Below are positions 60,532 to 64,000 of a DNA stretch of 64,000 bases, in pieces. This stretch comes from Rhina ancylostomus (Eukaryota). Within the stretch, counting starts at the first letter, position 1; each line of letters starts with the position of its first letter. The notes under the pieces are model-generated. The model made no database searches, was not told the DNA's origin, and saw only the letters and a program-made list of their open reading frames with translations. The DNA is taken from NCBI GenBank assembly GCA_030265395.1, contig JARFYF010000065.1, positions 7,419,234 to 7,483,233 of the forward strand, given 5' to 3'. A program made the translations under genes and the position numbers.

Positions 60532-63084
60532 CTGAAAAACAGGAACAAGTAGGCATTAAGCACAACAGTCACTAACATAAAAAACTGGTGAAGAAGTTCT
60601 ACGCGTGTAAATCAGGACAGCCTTGACAATTATTAAACTGCAGTTCATTATATTTCAAACAACAGTACTAAACTTACAAAGCTTAGCTCCATTAAACCAA
60701 GGTTCAAAATTTCACAGTTTAGGAACAAGACACAGAACCCAAAATTTAATTCTGTTGCTTGTCTGTTGTTTCAAAAGCCATATGCAATTAAATGCTGAGT
60801 GAAACCATTTAAAACTCTTAATCTGCCCTGTTCACAATCACTTCGGAAAGCAGCAAGAAAGTAGCTTGCAGAAAAAAGGCAGCTCTTATTTATTTATTCA
60901 TTACAGTTGAATGTTACTTCATATTGTTCTGGGAGACAAGCATTTAGCCCAGGATATACCTTAAATTTGTACTCATCGTACTTATATGTTGTACTGGGGG
61001 CAGATACATTAGGGACATTTAAGAGGCTCTTAGGTAGACACATGAATGATGGAAAAATAGGGGACATGTGGGAGGTAAGGGTTAATCTTAGAGCTGGATA
61101 AAGTGTCTGCACAACATTGTGGGCCAAAGGGCCTGTACTGTGCTGTAGTGTTCTATATCGTGTTATAAACCATGGAACGTGTAATGGTAGTTATTTGATG
61201 CCACATTAGATTTCAACTGGGCTATTTTCCCCAAGTTGTCAGAAATACAATGATGGCTCCATTGGTTTCTACCAATCATTATCTGCCAAATATTTCTCAG
61301 TAGACCAATGTTAAAGTATATCATGTACCTTCCTTCTAGCTCTATAATTAGCTATCACAACACTAATGAGCAATGCAGAGTGTGGTACGCCACCTGTTGC
61401 CAAATCTTTGGGGTAAAAGATGGTAAATAACTGCTTAATGTTTTACTACTCAGTGGTGATGAGGTCCTTTCCTTTCTTCCCTCCCAGTACAAATCAGAAA
61501 GTGCCAAAAACTATGCATTCGATCATCTCTGCACCAGTTCTTTGGAAGATCCATCCAATTAGTTTGATGCAAAGGTTCTTTTCACATAAACTTAATATTT
61601 ACGCAAATCCTTTTTGCAAGTTATTAGTGCATCGCCTCCCACCATCCTTTCAATCCAATTCACATTAAACAGCAGACAATGCAAAAATACTTCTCCCCAG
61701 TTCAGCTTTGGCTTTTTTTGCCACTTATTTTAAATTTTAATCCAATCCTCCTGACAGTTCATCTTTATTTGTTCTTAAACAAATCTATTTTTAAACATAA
61801 ATGGATTAATGTGGGCATTAAAACAGTACCAAAGACTACTAATTGCTTCCTCACAGTGATATGATGAGGGTGTAGTGTCAGTAGCAATTTAAAGCGCCAC
61901 GTATGACAAGATTAATTTTTCCACCTCTGAAGGAGTATCCTCAAAAAGCAAACTAGCAGCTCTGTCACCGGAATTATTCTGAAACCATGCCCTCAGGGCT
62001 GACCATAAACTAGATGGAAAAGGTATAAATGCAGATGAGGGAAAAATAAATGTCACTTAATAGGTTGTGTCCATAAATTATTTTTTAAACCAAATTTGTG
62101 TTTCTAGTGCAAAACAAAGCAAGAGAGCAAAGTGCTTGTAAAAGTTTCATAGGACAAGTGCAGTTTTGGCTGCCAGAACAGAAAAGTAAACATTACTGCA
62201 AAGAAAAGCAAATGCCCATTAATTTATCCACCATTTTCTGTTATTATTCAGCAAAAACCTTCTTGCAATCAGGAGTGTTCACTCTAGTTTTTAATCTCTT
62301 GCTTAACAGGAGGACAGCTTGCCAGTGTTTCCTATCTATGAGCAAGAGGGGAGAGTATGCAAACACAATCCTGGATTTGGTCACAGATCTAACCCAGCAT
62401 CAACAAAGTACTGAGGCATCATTTTTCAGATAAGTTGCTAGGCAACTTTCAAAGAGCCATCCTGTTATCTTGGCAAATTAATCCACCTCATCTCAATTCA
62501 CTGCACCATGTACAAATACCTGCATACGCACACAACAATATTTTTGACACATTGTACTTTGAAATATTCTGGCGACATAACAAAGGCCTAATAACGCTCC
62601 TCTTTTACACAGCACTATACTCACAGATGCATGTAGAGGGTGCTACACTCCTTTAGTTGGCTATATATTTCATAGGTTGGCAAGGGCATAGCTTTTTTTC
62701 TCCCCATGGGTTATGCAAAGGCGAATAGGATATCAAGAAAAAAAAGGCAAGCATGCAGCACAGTTGTACTGGACAGTAAGACCTGACAGCTGTTTAATGA
62801 TCAGAGAGGTAGTCAGCAAAGAGAGACCTGGATCACAACACACAATGGAAGAGAGTGAGAGAAAATGATGCAGAATTATTGAACAGGGATAAAAGCAAAC
62901 CATGCAGCCCTTTGAATCTGTACCACCATTCACATAATCATAGGTGATTCTCTATCTTAATAGAGATGTCCACGCTTTCATCAGGCCCCTTCATGTTTTA
63001 TGCAGGCAAGAGGAGGGGGGCACAAGTAGATACCCCCTCCATCTATACCTTAATCCCTCCAACTCTTTTCAGAACCTTGAGAGC

Positions 63085-63745
63085 AACCCAGTAGCACAGT
63101 TAGAAGAGTTGCTGTCTCACAGCACTAATGACCAGGGTTCAATCATGACCTCTGCTGCTGTCTGTGAGGAGTTTGCAATGCTCTCTCTATGGCCGCGTGA
63201 GTTTGCCCTGGGTGCAAAAACGCGGAGGTGGGTATATTAATTGGCGGATGTAAATTGTCCCTAGTGTGTAGGTGAGGGGTAGATTCTGGAAGCAGTTAAT
63301 GAGAATGCGAGGAAAATAAAATAGGATTATCATAAATGGTCAGGATGGACTTAGAACATAGAACAGTACAACACAAAAACAGACCCTTCGGCCCACAATA
63401 TCTGTGCCAACCACGATGTAAAATTAAACTAATCCCATCAACCCTCACATGATCCATATCCCTCCATATTTATCTGCCTACCTAAAAAACACCACTATCA
63501 TATCTGCTTCCACCAACACCTGTGGCAGCCTGTTTCAGACACCCACCACTGTGTGTAAAGACACTTGCCCCACACATCCCCTTTAAACTTTCCCCCTCTC
63601 GCCTTAACTGCATGTCACCTAGTACTGACAGTTCTACCTTGCAAAAATGATTCTGACTGCATACCTTACCTATACCTATCATTATAAGGTTCAGAAACTT
63701 CCATCAGGTCTACTCTCACACTCCAGAGAAAACAACACAAGTGTG
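63085..63745. mobile_element. HE1 SINE (+, 63085-63350) abutting a HER1/CR1 3' fragment (-, 63352-63745)
   Basis: gggttcaatcatgacctc...tgtaaattgtccctagtgtgtagg, then agaacatagaacagtac...cccttcggcccaca...cccaccactgtgtgtaaaga. Confidence 0.75.
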
Positions 63746-63779
63746 ATGGGCCAAATGGCCAATTTCCCCATGGTACAAC

Positions 63780-64000
63780 TCCCACACCCCAGGCATTTGG
63801 CATTTACTCACCCTCCACATCTCCCCCACCCCCAGATCACACCTCCCCTCCCCCCAGGTCACTCTACTCCCCATTCCCTTCATCACTCACCCAACTTGCC
63901 CCCACCCCACCTCAGTCACTCACCCTCCCAGTCTTCCCTCCCTCCCTACCCCCCCCGGGTCACTCACCCTCCCTATCTCTCTCGTCCTCCCCCCCCCGTC
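63780..64000 (-). repeat. G-rich (minus strand) low-complexity tract with repeated GGGTGAGT, likely near the 5' end of RNASEH2A intron 1
   Basis: C-runs with ACTCACC at 63806, 63885, 63918 and 63962. Confidence 0.6.

Overview
Vertebrate genomic DNA, almost certainly a cartilaginous fish (shark or ray) judging by its HE1/HER1, SacSINE1-like and LF-SINE-like repeats. It is a gapped draft assembly with many N runs. Two spliced genes lie tail-to-tail. On + is a riboflavin-binding protein/retbindin (folate-receptor family, RTBDN-like) gene; four coding exons were found (11358-33425) and the first coding exon was not located. On - is RNASEH2A, exons 2-8 (60531-40587), with exon 1 presumably beyond the window end. 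This matches the human RNASEH2A-RTBDN neighbourhood. Most of the remainder is decayed retroelement sequence (CR1/HER1, RTE, Rex1/Babar, L1, Tx1, SINEs, Penelope-type pLTR fragments), and almost all ORFs in the supplied track are spurious. The main observations are: (1) the RTBDN-like protein has lost the flavin-stacking Trp and carries a dibasic-site-flanked acidic DGSGSG C-terminal peptide; (2) a family of palindromic Penelope-type repeats carries minimal hammerhead ribozyme cores, one nearly intact inside the RTBDN intron; (3) a >=124-bp duplication of the RNASEH2A coding end flanks a LINE fragment; (4) two composite insertions look like either 3' transductions or misassemblies. All homology calls are from memory of family sequences; no database search was run.
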